In this document: positions 36,816 to 46,270 of the stretch, piece by piece
Numbering within the stretch: position 1 is the first letter of the stretch
Layout: every line of letters begins with the position of its first letter
NCBI GenBank assembly: GCA_035500675.1
Contig: DATJXA010000066.1
Span: forward strand, 1,169 to 65,168
From: Bacteroidota bacterium
GTDB taxonomy: Bacteria > Bacteroidota > Ignavibacteria > UBA10030 > UBA8401
DNA: 64,000 bases
Direction: 5' to 3'
Notes under the pieces: generated by a model
The model's database searches: none
Told to the model about the DNA's origin: nothing
Seen by the model: the letters and a program-made list of their open reading frames with translations, nothing else
Position numbers and translations under genes: made by a program

Positions 36816-38079
36816 GTGCAAGGTATGGGATGGTGAGCGGCCCAACCGGGAGGATGGCGACGCTTTGCTGCGACCGTGTCCTCGCGAGAGACAAGACCTC
36901 GTGCGCAATATCGTGACACGGCTCCAGGTGAGCGCCGCGAACGACGTCATCGGCCAGTTCGCTGAACAGCATTACTTTTGCCCGCCGCTGACAGTTCGCT
37001 TGGATTTGTGCCTGCCATTGATCGGGTTCGTGCTTCTTTGCATTGTGTAGGCGCTCCAACAAGAGGTTGGTATTCTCTGCGCTGTGGAGCAGCCGTTCAA
37101 AGGGACTCTTTGCCGGAATTCCGTCGCTGCATTCGGAAGCAACGATAATAGTCCCGCCTTTTTTAATGATGCGAGCAGCGGCAGCGATTCCTTTCGCCGT
37201 TTGGTATAAGTTCAGATCGAGTGGATAGCCGCTGTTTGTCGTCACAACGACATCATACGGAGCATCCACACGCTGCATCGCGGAGCGTCGCACAAATTCA
37301 CAGCCGACAGCGTGACTTTTCACTAAGTGGCCAGCGAAAACCCCAGTGATCTTTCGTTCGTTGTTGAGTGAAACGTTGAGGAGAAAACTTTTGCCGACTC
37401 GAAGAGCGATATTGCGCAACTCTTCCCACACGGGGTTGCCGTTCGTGATCCCAAACGTCGCGGATGGGTCCGCGATGTGAGTATAGCCGTGATTGCTCAT
37501 CACTGTTTCCAGTCCCGCGACGCCCGGCATAATTCCTTTGACGCCGCCGCTGAATCCGGCAAAAAGATGGGGCTCGATAAATCCCGTCACAATTCGGACG
37601 TCCGCTTCGACAAAATGGCGATTGATCAGTGCGGGCGTGCCCGACTCGGTCGTGCCCAGCTGCACAAGAGCTTTCGGGTTTTCCGGCTCATGGTTGATCA
37701 CGCGATACGCGTTGACGACTTCCGGCGTCAGTATCTGTTCCAATTCCTGTCTCGTGTTCGGCCGATGAGTGCCGAGCTGATTCAAAAGCAGAATTTGATC
37801 CTTGTGCACGCCGTGATTTGCGAGATACTCCAGAAGCCACGGGATGATGCGTTCGTTCGGAGTCGCCCTTGTGAGATCCGTAAAGGTGATGCACACCTTG
37901 CATTCCGGGCGCAGCCAATCGCGCAGCGGCTCCGCTTCGATGGGCTGTTCGAGTGCGTGCAGTACTGCAGCGCGCTCATCCGAAAGCCCGGGTTGATGGG
38001 TCGGTCGTATGACGTCGGCCGCAACCCCCGGCAACTCAAGATCGAGCCACCCTTTTCCGTATGCAAGGGACGCCTTCAC
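36805..38079 (-). CDS. LarA-family (nickel-pincer-nucleotide dependent 2-hydroxyacid racemase/epimerase) homolog
   Basis: The GTG start is preceded by AGGAGGAAGC and overlaps the rhaB stop (GTGA). 'FTDLTRATP', 'QLGTHRP', 'IEPHLFAGFSGGVKGIMPG', 'MSNHG' and 'LNLYQTAKG' match the LarA catalytic and cofactor positions. Confidence 0.8.
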   Translation of the reverse strand: MKASLAYGKGWLDLELPGVAADVIRPTHQPGLSDERAAVLHALEQPIEAEPLRDWLRPECKVCITFTDLTRATPNERIIPWLLEYLANHGVHKDQILLLNQLGTHRPNTRQELEQILTPEVVNAYRVINHEPENPKALVQLGTTESGTPALINRHFVEADVRIVTGFIEPHLFAGFSGGVKGIMPGVAGLETVMSNHGYTHIADPSATFGITNGNPVWEELRNIALRVGKSFLLNVSLNNERKITGVFAGHLVKSHAVGCEFVRRSAMQRVDAPYDVVVTTNSGYPLDLNLYQTAKGIAAAARIIKKGGTIIVASECSDGIPAKSPFERLLHSAENTNLLLERLHNAKKHEPDQWQAQIQANCQRRAKVMLFSELADDVVRGAHLEPCHDIAHEVLSLARTRSQQSVAILPVGPLTIPYLAHDN

Positions 38080-39560
38080 GCTTCCTCCTGCTGAAAAGCC
38101 GCTAAATACTTTCTCACGCCCGTTTCCCAGAGGGGATCATCTTGAGGATTGAAGCGCACAAGCGGGAACGAATTGCGCACTACTGCCCGCGCCGCTTCGA
38201 GCGATGGAATATGTCCGAGTGTAATTGCTTGCACAATTATATTACCGATGGCTGAACATTCCACGGGACCGGTAAAGATAGTACGCCGGGTTGCGTTCGC
38301 GGCGAACTGGTTCAGCAGATCGTTCTTGGAACCTCCGCCCACGATATGAAGTGTCGTTATTGCGTTGCCCGTCAGTTCTTCGACCTGATCCAGCGTTTGC
38401 CGATACAGCATCGCAAGACTTGAAAGAACACATCGCACAATTTCTCCGGGCGTACCCGGCATACGCTGATCGGTGCTTTTACAGAACTCCGCAACCTTTG
38501 CCGGCATATCGTCCGGTTTGGCAAACCTAGGATCCATGACGTTAATGTACGAATCAAAAGGCGCAGCGGCTTCAGCCATTTCTGTCAACTGTTCATACGA
38601 ATATTCTTTGTTTTCCTTCGACCACGCGCGCCGGCATTCCTGTACAATCCACAATCCAGTGATGTTTTTCAGGAATAGTATGCTTCCTCCATACCCGACC
38701 TCATTGGTGAAACCGTACTCCAGGCTTTTGGCGTTGATGATCGGCTCCTGAAGTTCCACTCCGAGCAACGACCACGTACCAGAACTCAAATAGGCCCATC
38801 CCTTCGACTGCGTCGGCACTGCTGCAACGGCGGCGCCCGTATCGTGCGAACATCCCGCGACGATCTTCGTCCCTTGAAAATTTTTATCCCCTCTTACCGA
38901 GGGGAGCAGGTTGCCAAGGATTGTCCCGGATTTGACGATCTCCGGAAAAATTTTCGGAGGCAGGCCGAATTTGTGGATGAGCGCGGTTGACCATGTTCGA
39001 TGCCGAGGGTTATACAACTGCGACGTACTCGCCAACGACTCTTCAGCTTGTGGAACTCCGGAGAGAAGATAATTGAAATAATCGCCCACGTTCAGGAACT
39101 GTTCGGCTTCATCCAACAACGAGGGACGATCCCGAAGATCCGCAAGCAACTGGTATAACGTATTGATCGGCATGAATTGGATCCCCGTCTCGGCAAAAAT
39201 ATCCTCTTCGCCGACTATCGCAAATGCTCTTTCAAGGGCGCCATCCGTGCGTTTGTCGCGATAATGAAAGGGGGCCGAAAGGAACGGCTCCTTTCCTTTG
39301 AGAAGAACATAATCGACACCCCACGAATCGCAGCTGATGCTTTCGATCGGAACGCCGCGCGACGCCGCTTTCCGCAGTCCGAACTTCAGCTCTTCGAATA
39401 AATAGACCACATCCCAATGAAGAGCGTTTGTGATTTCGACCGGCTTATTGGAAAAACGATGGATCTCCTCTATGCTCAGTTTTTCCCCATCGAGGGTGCC
39501 AAGGATGACGCGGCCGGTTTCGGCGCCGAGGTCGCACGCGATATAATGATGAACGTTCAT
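38076..39560 (-). CDS. rhaB: Rhamnulokinase-like FGGY sugar kinase
   Basis: 'YIACDLGAETGRVILGTLDGEKLSIEEIHRFSN' has the RhaB-type N-terminus. 'HIVGGGSKNDLLNQFAANA' is the FGGY C-terminal box. The start overlaps the upstream stop by 4 nt (ATGA). Confidence 0.8.
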   Translation of the reverse strand: MNVHHYIACDLGAETGRVILGTLDGEKLSIEEIHRFSNKPVEITNALHWDVVYLFEELKFGLRKAASRGVPIESISCDSWGVDYVLLKGKEPFLSAPFHYRDKRTDGALERAFAIVGEEDIFAETGIQFMPINTLYQLLADLRDRPSLLDEAEQFLNVGDYFNYLLSGVPQAEESLASTSQLYNPRHRTWSTALIHKFGLPPKIFPEIVKSGTILGNLLPSVRGDKNFQGTKIVAGCSHDTGAAVAAVPTQSKGWAYLSSGTWSLLGVELQEPIINAKSLEYGFTNEVGYGGSILFLKNITGLWIVQECRRAWSKENKEYSYEQLTEMAEAAAPFDSYINVMDPRFAKPDDMPAKVAEFCKSTDQRMPGTPGEIVRCVLSSLAMLYRQTLDQVEELTGNAITTLHIVGGGSKNDLLNQFAANATRRTIFTGPVECSAIGNIIVQAITLGHIPSLEAARAVVRNSFPLVRFNPQDDPLWETGVRKYLAAFQQEEA

Positions 39561-40321
39561 AATTTCAAGACGCGCTGTCGGTAGTGTTCATCTATACGGT
39601 TTGCAATCCGATCGACATCTTCTTGCGAGAGAAATGTCGGGCCTCCGAGCGCCGCTGCTCCTGTCCAAATCTGCGCAGTCTTTTCTGCCATGAACATTGC
39701 CGCAAGAACCGCTTCCGGGGTACGGCCGAGGGTAATGATGCCATGATTTTGCATCAAAATAACCCGCGGCGGTTGGCCGTAATTTTTCAAAAATTCCATC
39801 GTAAGCATGCGGATGTGCCTTGCCAGGGAGAATCCGGGATCCGTGTAAGGAACAAAAACAGACGAGGGCCCGCAGCAAACAATCTCGTCTGGAAAGATTC
39901 TTTTCTCCGCAAACTCTCGCGCGCGCGGAGAGCAAAGAATTTTGTTGACTGCAATCGCATGGGTATGCCCGACGAATTGTATGCCGTCTAACGTTAAAAA
40001 GAACGCATGGAACAACGCTTCGACGGAGGGTTTTTTGCTCCGAGCACTTACGCGGCTCGCAAACAATGCCGATTCGATCTCTGCGTCGGTGCGGCTCGAT
40101 CCCTCAAGAAACGAAAGAAGCACTTCGGACTTGCATTCGACGACATCCGTCGAGCGTAAATCCGAGAGTCTTGACCCGCTCGCCTTGATAAGAAACCGGC
40201 CGTCATCGATCCGCGCCGAGGTATTCCCTTCCCCAAGGATCGCCATCCCTCTCTCTTCGCGGCCAAGTTCATGCGACAGCGAGAGTAGGGCTCTGATAGT
40301 TTTTTGCTTAGATTCTTTCAC
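39557..40321 (-). CDS. Class II aldolase/adducin-family protein (fuculose-/rhamnulose-phosphate aldolase-like)
   Basis: 'GEGNTSAR' and 'FVGHTHAIAVN' (metal-binding His cluster). 254 aa. Confidence 0.75.
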   Translation of the reverse strand: MKESKQKTIRALLSLSHELGREERGMAILGEGNTSARIDDGRFLIKASGSRLSDLRSTDVVECKSEVLLSFLEGSSRTDAEIESALFASRVSARSKKPSVEALFHAFFLTLDGIQFVGHTHAIAVNKILCSPRAREFAEKRIFPDEIVCCGPSSVFVPYTDPGFSLARHIRMLTMEFLKNYGQPPRVILMQNHGIITLGRTPEAVLAAMFMAEKTAQIWTGAAALGGPTFLSQEDVDRIANRIDEHYRQRVLKL

Positions 40322-40377
40322 GCGATGCCGCGCACTGATTGATAACGGCTACATCTCCGGACATGCGGAACAGTCCA

Positions 40378-41982
40378 TCACTTCTGTTTTGATGGCCAAA
40401 CTCTAAATAATTCTGCGCCATGTGGAGCTACCACTGCTTGAAATTGTTCGTCGTACACTCCTAGATCTTTCTGTCTCCAGACATCCCGAACTTCCTGCGG
40501 ACCCATGAGGCCGGTCCAGCGGACCGTCATCGTTGTGTCTTTATCTCCCAAATTAAAAAATCCGATCGCCTTCGAACCATCCTCGAGAAATTTTTCGTAG
40601 GTGCGAACGCTGCCGTCGGAGGTGACGCTGACCGCTTCTTTTCCCAACGGATCCTGATCGATCGCGAGGACTTCGTCATTTGTCAAAAGGTTGAGCGTAA
40701 ACGCGTCAAGCTTGTCCATATCCGCACCGATAAGAAGCGGCGCAGAAAGAAGGCACCATAGAGAAATGTGCGTATACTGTTCGTCAGGCGTTAAATTTGT
40801 CGGCCGGGGTTGTCCCCATCCCACATATCCGACAACAAGCATGTCCGGATCGTTCCAATGCCCTGGAGAGGCGTACGGAGCCCATTTGTCCTGAGAAAAG
40901 CCGATGCGTGACAACGATTCCCATCTGTCCCTGATGTCGCCCGTCGTCCGCCACGAATTTGCCAGCTTACAGACCTGCGGAATGTTTTCGTACGGCGTAT
41001 TATTCGAAAGGCTGTAGACGATATCGCGGCCGCTCGCCCGCAATGCTGTGGCCATTTCGGAGGTCTCCGGAACCTCGTTCGGGTTCCAGTCATATTTAAG
41101 ATAATCGATGCCCCATGCCGCCCATTGGTCGGCATCCGCTTTTGCAAAAGAATATTTGCCGACTGCCCACGGCAGCATTTTTTTATTCAGGTTGCCATGC
41201 TTCGGGATGGTCGGAGGAGACCACAACCCCTTCGGGTTTTCTGAACTGCTCCCGATATACGTTGCATAGGACGTCGTCCACGGAGTGGAATAAATGCCCA
41301 CCTTAAGCCCCATTCCATGAATCGAATCGCAAAGACCCTTCATGTCCGGAAATTTTTCATTTCCCTGAATGCCGTTGAATTGCCCGCCTCTTTTTCCTTG
41401 CCAGGAATCGTCGATGTTGATGTACGTCCATCCATGATCGATCAGTCCGGATGCCACCATTGCTCGCGCGCTATGGAGGACATTTTCAGCGGTGACTTTA
41501 CCTCCCCACACATTCCAGCTATTCCAGCCCATCGACGGCGTTAACGAAATATCATCTCCGACGACGATGCGGAATTTTCTTTCGTCCGTACCCAACGCAT
41601 TTTTCGCCTGCAATATAACTTTGTACGTTCCGCGCTCCTTTAGTTTACCAGCGATCTCACCAGTGTTGCGATCCACTTTAAGTCCGGTCGGAAGGCCGAC
41701 GACAGAAAACATCATCGGCCGCTCGCCGGTGGCGGGGATACGATACAGAAATGGCGAACCCGGTCGAACGCCGAAGATCGAAGGTCCATTGATGCGAGGA
41801 GACGGGGGCACCGCCGGCGTTCGAATAAGTTCGCTGCCGGGCCTATAGATTTTTTCTGATGTTGTATCTTGCATGGCAGGAGAAGCCGAGGCCACATTTC
41901 CCGCTATGATCGTATTTATAAAGAGAAAAACGATAGCCCTTAACGATAACATAGTAATCTTTTGAGAATTAAATTGCTCCAT
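40378..41982 (-). CDS. GH27 glycosidase (alpha-galactosidase family) with N-terminal Ig-like (He_PIG) domain, secreted
   Basis: 'TPSMGWNSWNVWG', 'YINIDDSWQ' (nucleophile box) and 'DYLKYDWN'. The N-terminal 'GSPFLYRIPATGERPMMFSVVGLPTGLKVDRNTGEIAG' is an Ig-like repeat. Confidence 0.8.
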   Translation of the reverse strand: MEQFNSQKITMLSLRAIVFLFINTIIAGNVASASPAMQDTTSEKIYRPGSELIRTPAVPPSPRINGPSIFGVRPGSPFLYRIPATGERPMMFSVVGLPTGLKVDRNTGEIAGKLKERGTYKVILQAKNALGTDERKFRIVVGDDISLTPSMGWNSWNVWGGKVTAENVLHSARAMVASGLIDHGWTYINIDDSWQGKRGGQFNGIQGNEKFPDMKGLCDSIHGMGLKVGIYSTPWTTSYATYIGSSSENPKGLWSPPTIPKHGNLNKKMLPWAVGKYSFAKADADQWAAWGIDYLKYDWNPNEVPETSEMATALRASGRDIVYSLSNNTPYENIPQVCKLANSWRTTGDIRDRWESLSRIGFSQDKWAPYASPGHWNDPDMLVVGYVGWGQPRPTNLTPDEQYTHISLWCLLSAPLLIGADMDKLDAFTLNLLTNDEVLAIDQDPLGKEAVSVTSDGSVRTYEKFLEDGSKAIGFFNLGDKDTTMTVRWTGLMGPQEVRDVWRQKDLGVYDEQFQAVVAPHGAELFRVWPSKQK

Positions 41983-42067
41983 TTGCTTTCATGTCATTTG
42001 TTGAAGTTGCACATTGCCGGAATCGCGTCGTTCCCGGATGTTTCTGTTTAAAATCCACCGGCGGAAA

Positions 42068-43450
42068 TCATTCTTTTGGAACTTCGAGAACGACAACCGT
42101 ATCATAATTGTAGGGTTTTTCCCCCGCCAACGAGATCGTAACATGATCGCCGTCTTGCTTGAATTTCAACGGTGTATGATCTGGATTTGCCAGCATGTAC
42201 GCGCTGTTCACTTTTTCTTTGACGCCCGATAGCTCGAAGTCGCCCGAAGGCCACTTGAAAATATGGATGAACATTTTTCCTGGCTTTGTCGTACACCGCC
42301 ATGCAGTGTCGGCATAAAATATTCTATAGCCTTTTGAATCTTTTTTCGTCGTATCCGGGTCGTAAACGCCGAATTCGTATCCGAACGGGGACGGCCCCGC
42401 TCCATAAATCGACTCTCCGTTCACTTTCAACCATCGGCCCACCGCGCGCAAATTATCTTGGCTTTGCTGAGGAATGATGCCTTCCGACGTCGGACCTACA
42501 TTGAGAAGATAGTTGCCCCCCTTGCTCACGATGTCGACGAGCTTAAAGGTGATGTCCTCGGGGGACTTCCAATCTGTATCGTCCTTTTTATAGCCCCACG
42601 TGTGGTTTATCGTAGCCGGCACCTCCCAATCTTCGTGAACGACTTCGTTGGGAATGCGGTTGTCTCCCATCGAACGGTAATCGCCGGCAATCCCGAGGCG
42701 ACCGTCGATCAAGCAGGCCGGCTGTAATGAATGAACGATGTCGACAAACTGTTCTGCTCGTTCTTTTGTCATCATCCGCGGTGTATCAAACCAAATAAGG
42801 CAGATCGGTCCGTACCCCGTGAGAAGTTCCTTGACCTGCGGTTCCGCTTTGCTCCTCAAATATTGGTCGAAGTCTTTGAGCGAATCCGGGCCGAAATCCC
42901 ATGTGTTTCCAGCGCCGTTGGGTTCGTGCCAGTCCTGTGCCTGCGAATAATAAAATCCGAATTTGATCCCGTGCCGCGCACACGCTTCGGAAAGTTCTTT
43001 GATCACATCGCGTTTGAACGGCGTCGCGTCCACAACGTTGTACTTGCTCACCTTGGAATGGAACATCGCGAACCCGTCGTGGTGCTTGCTCGTGATGACA
43101 ATATATTTCATGCCGGCGTCCTGAGCCATCTGCACCCATTCGTCTGCGTTGAATTTCACCGGGTCGAATTGCTTCGCGAGCTGTTCGTATTCTTTCACCG
43201 GAATTTTCGCATGGTTCATGATCCATTCGCCGATCCCGGGGATCTGCTGACCCTTCCACTCGCCCGCCGGAATGCAGTAGATGCCCCAATGAATGAACAA
43301 GCCGAACTTCGCTTCCCTGAACCACTGCATCTTTTCGTCTTGCGTCATTGTTTGAGAAATTGTTGTGCCTACTGTCGCGAGACACACTGTGATCAGGATG
43401 ATCAATCTCGATATCGTGTTGCCGTAAAAATAAGCCGTAAATTGCTTCAT
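42068..43450 (-). CDS. GH29 alpha-L-fucosidase, secreted
   Basis: 'WFREAKFGLFIHWGIYCIPAGEW', 'ITSKHHDGFAMFHS' and 'ICLIWFDTP' are typical GH29 boxes. Confidence 0.85.
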   Translation of the reverse strand: MKQFTAYFYGNTISRLIILITVCLATVGTTISQTMTQDEKMQWFREAKFGLFIHWGIYCIPAGEWKGQQIPGIGEWIMNHAKIPVKEYEQLAKQFDPVKFNADEWVQMAQDAGMKYIVITSKHHDGFAMFHSKVSKYNVVDATPFKRDVIKELSEACARHGIKFGFYYSQAQDWHEPNGAGNTWDFGPDSLKDFDQYLRSKAEPQVKELLTGYGPICLIWFDTPRMMTKERAEQFVDIVHSLQPACLIDGRLGIAGDYRSMGDNRIPNEVVHEDWEVPATINHTWGYKKDDTDWKSPEDITFKLVDIVSKGGNYLLNVGPTSEGIIPQQSQDNLRAVGRWLKVNGESIYGAGPSPFGYEFGVYDPDTTKKDSKGYRIFYADTAWRCTTKPGKMFIHIFKWPSGDFELSGVKEKVNSAYMLANPDHTPLKFKQDGDHVTISLAGEKPYNYDTVVVLEVPKE

Positions 43451-43522
43451 GATTAGATCACCTCAATTTGTGTTTGATCGTGAATTTTTAAATGTATCGG
43501 GACTGCTCGATTCGTTATTCAA

Positions 43523-44662
43523 TCACCGGAGCAGAGCCGAAGCGCACCAGAGAATGGGGGCCTGGCCGTGCATGTCTCCCACATTCCGCTTGCGGTCGAG
43601 ATAATATTGCACATCGCTGTTTTTATTCGTCCCCTCGCAGACCTCGTGAACGTCCGCATTCTCATCGATGTACGACACAAGGCCGAGCCACCCTTTCCGC
43701 GCAGCCGGGCCGTACGTCTGTGCGTCGAGCCATCCGCTCTTGACTCCGGTGATCATTGCGAACGTGAACATCCCCGTGCACGACGTCTCGGACCAAGAGT
43801 CCGATTTGTCGATGAGTTGATGCCACATCCCGTTTGCGTCCTGAAATTTGAGGAGCGCCGCCATCATTTTCTTATATCCCTCGAGAATCCTTGCGCGCCT
43901 CGGATTGTCGGCAGGCAAGCTGCGCAGCAATTCGGCCATTCCTGCGGCAACCCAGCCATTTCCCCTTCCCCAAAAAAATGGAGCACCTGGTGCGTGGAAA
44001 AAAAGGCCGTTAGGTTGTTGCAATGAATCGAGATAGACCGACATTTCGAGAGCGGCGCGGTCGATGTATACGGGGTTGCCGGTAGCGCGATATGCTTGCG
44101 TTTGCAGTGAGGTGATCATAAACATATCATCGATCCACATACGCGTCTGCGGACTCAGGCGGTCGGGTCTCGGGTTCTCCCATTGTTTATCTGCAATAAA
44201 TTTTCCAAGATCGAAGCTTCGAGGATCTTTTGTCAACAGGTATACCTCAAACGGAACGATGCCGAAAACCGAATGGTCGACGTGGTCCGGTTTTGGAACG
44301 AGACTGTCTACCGGCGGTGACAACAGCGGCTCGTAACGTTTAATAAGCCGCGACATCATGCCGTGGTCGCCGCTCAGATCCGCAAAAGTCAATGCCCCGT
44401 ACCACGTGCAGCACTCCGGGTATCCGAGCACGCGTGGCGGAGTAGTCCTTCCATACCCTCCGAACGGACTCGCGACAAAACGTTCGGCGACACGCTTGCC
44501 AATTTCGCGCGGAGATTTCCCTGCCGGCCACAATTGAAAGTACCCGCCGGAATCCTGCTGTGCCGCGAGACAGAAACTGAAAATCGATGTCACGGCAATG
44601 ATCGCTGCCGATCGCATGGCGACAGGGAGCGGTGATTCATTCGTCATTTTCTTCTCCTGCAT
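43523..44662 (-). CDS. GH105/GH88-type unsaturated (rhamno)galacturonyl/glucuronyl hydrolase
   Basis: 'MWIDDMFMITS', 'FWGRGNGWVAAGMAE' and 'ETSCTGMFTFAM' are YteR/GH105-like motifs. Confidence 0.8.
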   Translation of the reverse strand: MQEKKMTNESPLPVAMRSAAIIAVTSIFSFCLAAQQDSGGYFQLWPAGKSPREIGKRVAERFVASPFGGYGRTTPPRVLGYPECCTWYGALTFADLSGDHGMMSRLIKRYEPLLSPPVDSLVPKPDHVDHSVFGIVPFEVYLLTKDPRSFDLGKFIADKQWENPRPDRLSPQTRMWIDDMFMITSLQTQAYRATGNPVYIDRAALEMSVYLDSLQQPNGLFFHAPGAPFFWGRGNGWVAAGMAELLRSLPADNPRRARILEGYKKMMAALLKFQDANGMWHQLIDKSDSWSETSCTGMFTFAMITGVKSGWLDAQTYGPAARKGWLGLVSYIDENADVHEVCEGTNKNSDVQYYLDRKRNVGDMHGQAPILWCASALLR

Positions 44663-44669
44663 ACGACAA

Positions 44670-46268
44670 TCATTTCAAAAGCAGCATCTTTCCTGTTTGC
44701 TTGAAGTGTCCGGACTCCATTGTATAGAGATAAGGGCCGGTTGCAACGCTGTTGCCCTGCGAATCTTTCCCATCCCATGCGACAGTATATCTTCCCGATT
44801 CGTACCACCTGTTGGCGAGGTCGACGACCTTTTGCCCTTGAGAGTTGTACACGGCGATCGTGACGTGCCCGGCGATCGGAATGTCGAATGCAATCGTGGT
44901 CGACGGGTTGAACGGATTCGGATACGGCGCGGAAAGACTGTACTCGGTCGGAACCCCGTTCTTGGGAACATCGCCGACTTTCGTGCCGTCGTTCTGCAAT
45001 GTATAAATGTAGCTGTTGCTGCCGTTGTACCCGACGAGATACACTTCTCCCTCTTCGTCCGCTCCGAATGAAGAAATATCTTGAGCGGAGGTCGCTAAAA
45101 GACTATTTCCCTGCACAACGCCGTTTGAATACTCAAGTCCCCATACAGCCTTGTATCCGTAATCGCCGTAAATGTACATTCCCTGAAGATCCGGAAGTTT
45201 GGTGCCGCGGTAAACATATCCACCAATAATGACCACCGTGCTTCCTTTTCCATCGTGGGTATACTCAAAAACAGGCATCGTCAGACCAGTCGTATCACAG
45301 TTTGGACCGTTGAAGCAATACGTTCCTTCCATAATGCTCCAGCCTAAATTGCATCCTTTTGTGACGATGTCGATTTCTTCGGCCTCTTTTGCGCCGGCGT
45401 CCGCAAGCCAAAGATTTCCGGTCACCTTGTCAAAGCTAAACCGCCATGGGTTCCTTAACCCGAGCGCATAAATCTCTTCTTTCCACCCGTTGGCGTTTCC
45501 GACAAAAGGGTTGTCCGACGGAATGCTGTACTGAAGGCCCGGATCCTGATGATCGACGTCGATGCGCAGCACTTTGCCGAACCACGTCGTCATTTTTTGG
45601 CCGTTCATGAACGGGTCGTTCAAAGTCGATGTCTCCTTGCCGTCGCCGAAGCTTATATATAAATAACCGTCGGGACCGAATGCGATCTGTCCTGCGTTAT
45701 GATTGTCCCATAATTTTTGGATCGCCAGGAGGACTCGTTCGGAAGAAGGATCTGCGGAGTCGGGGTTGGTGGCCGACACATGAAATTCCGAAACGGTGAG
45801 CATCATAGCACCGGCATAAACGCTGTCTCTGATGTTGCCGGCGATCGTATCGGTGTAGCACACATAAAATTTTCCGTTCTCGGCATAATGAGGATGGAAG
45901 GCGATTGAAAGCAGTCCAGGCTCACCCGACGGTTGAGTGGAGGATACTTCGTAGGCGATGTTAAGAAAAGTTTTTCGGCTTGTTGTCGTGACAGAAGGGT
46001 TATTCGGAAAAACATATACTCTTCCCGGCCGCTCGGTGACAAAGATCCTATCTGTTCCATCGCCAGCATTTGTGAGGAACGTAGGCTGACTGAACGCAAG
46101 GTTGGAAAACGTTCTGACTAATTGTTTGCCGAGAATGCGGTTCACTGTTTGTGCCTGAGTAAATTGCAAAGAGCCTGCAAGAAAAATTCCCAACACGATA
46201 CTTGCACGAGAAAACATTCTGCGGCCTTTAGAATCGTGATGGTGGTTCAGTTTTTTGATTGTCTTCAT
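44670..46268 (-). CDS. PQQ-dependent soluble sugar (glucose/sorbosone) dehydrogenase beta-propeller with T9SS C-terminal sorting domain
   Basis: 'GLLSIAFHPHYAENGKFYVCYTD', 'HNAGQIAFGPDGYLYISFGDG' and 'GLRNPWRFSFD'. The C-terminus is 'YPNPFNPSTTIAFDIP...GPYLYTMESGHFKQTGKMLLLK'. Confidence 0.75.
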   Translation of the reverse strand: MKTIKKLNHHHDSKGRRMFSRASIVLGIFLAGSLQFTQAQTVNRILGKQLVRTFSNLAFSQPTFLTNAGDGTDRIFVTERPGRVYVFPNNPSVTTTSRKTFLNIAYEVSSTQPSGEPGLLSIAFHPHYAENGKFYVCYTDTIAGNIRDSVYAGAMMLTVSEFHVSATNPDSADPSSERVLLAIQKLWDNHNAGQIAFGPDGYLYISFGDGKETSTLNDPFMNGQKMTTWFGKVLRIDVDHQDPGLQYSIPSDNPFVGNANGWKEEIYALGLRNPWRFSFDKVTGNLWLADAGAKEAEEIDIVTKGCNLGWSIMEGTYCFNGPNCDTTGLTMPVFEYTHDGKGSTVVIIGGYVYRGTKLPDLQGMYIYGDYGYKAVWGLEYSNGVVQGNSLLATSAQDISSFGADEEGEVYLVGYNGSNSYIYTLQNDGTKVGDVPKNGVPTEYSLSAPYPNPFNPSTTIAFDIPIAGHVTIAVYNSQGQKVVDLANRWYESGRYTVAWDGKDSQGNSVATGPYLYTMESGHFKQTGKMLLLK

Positions 46269-46270
46269 GA

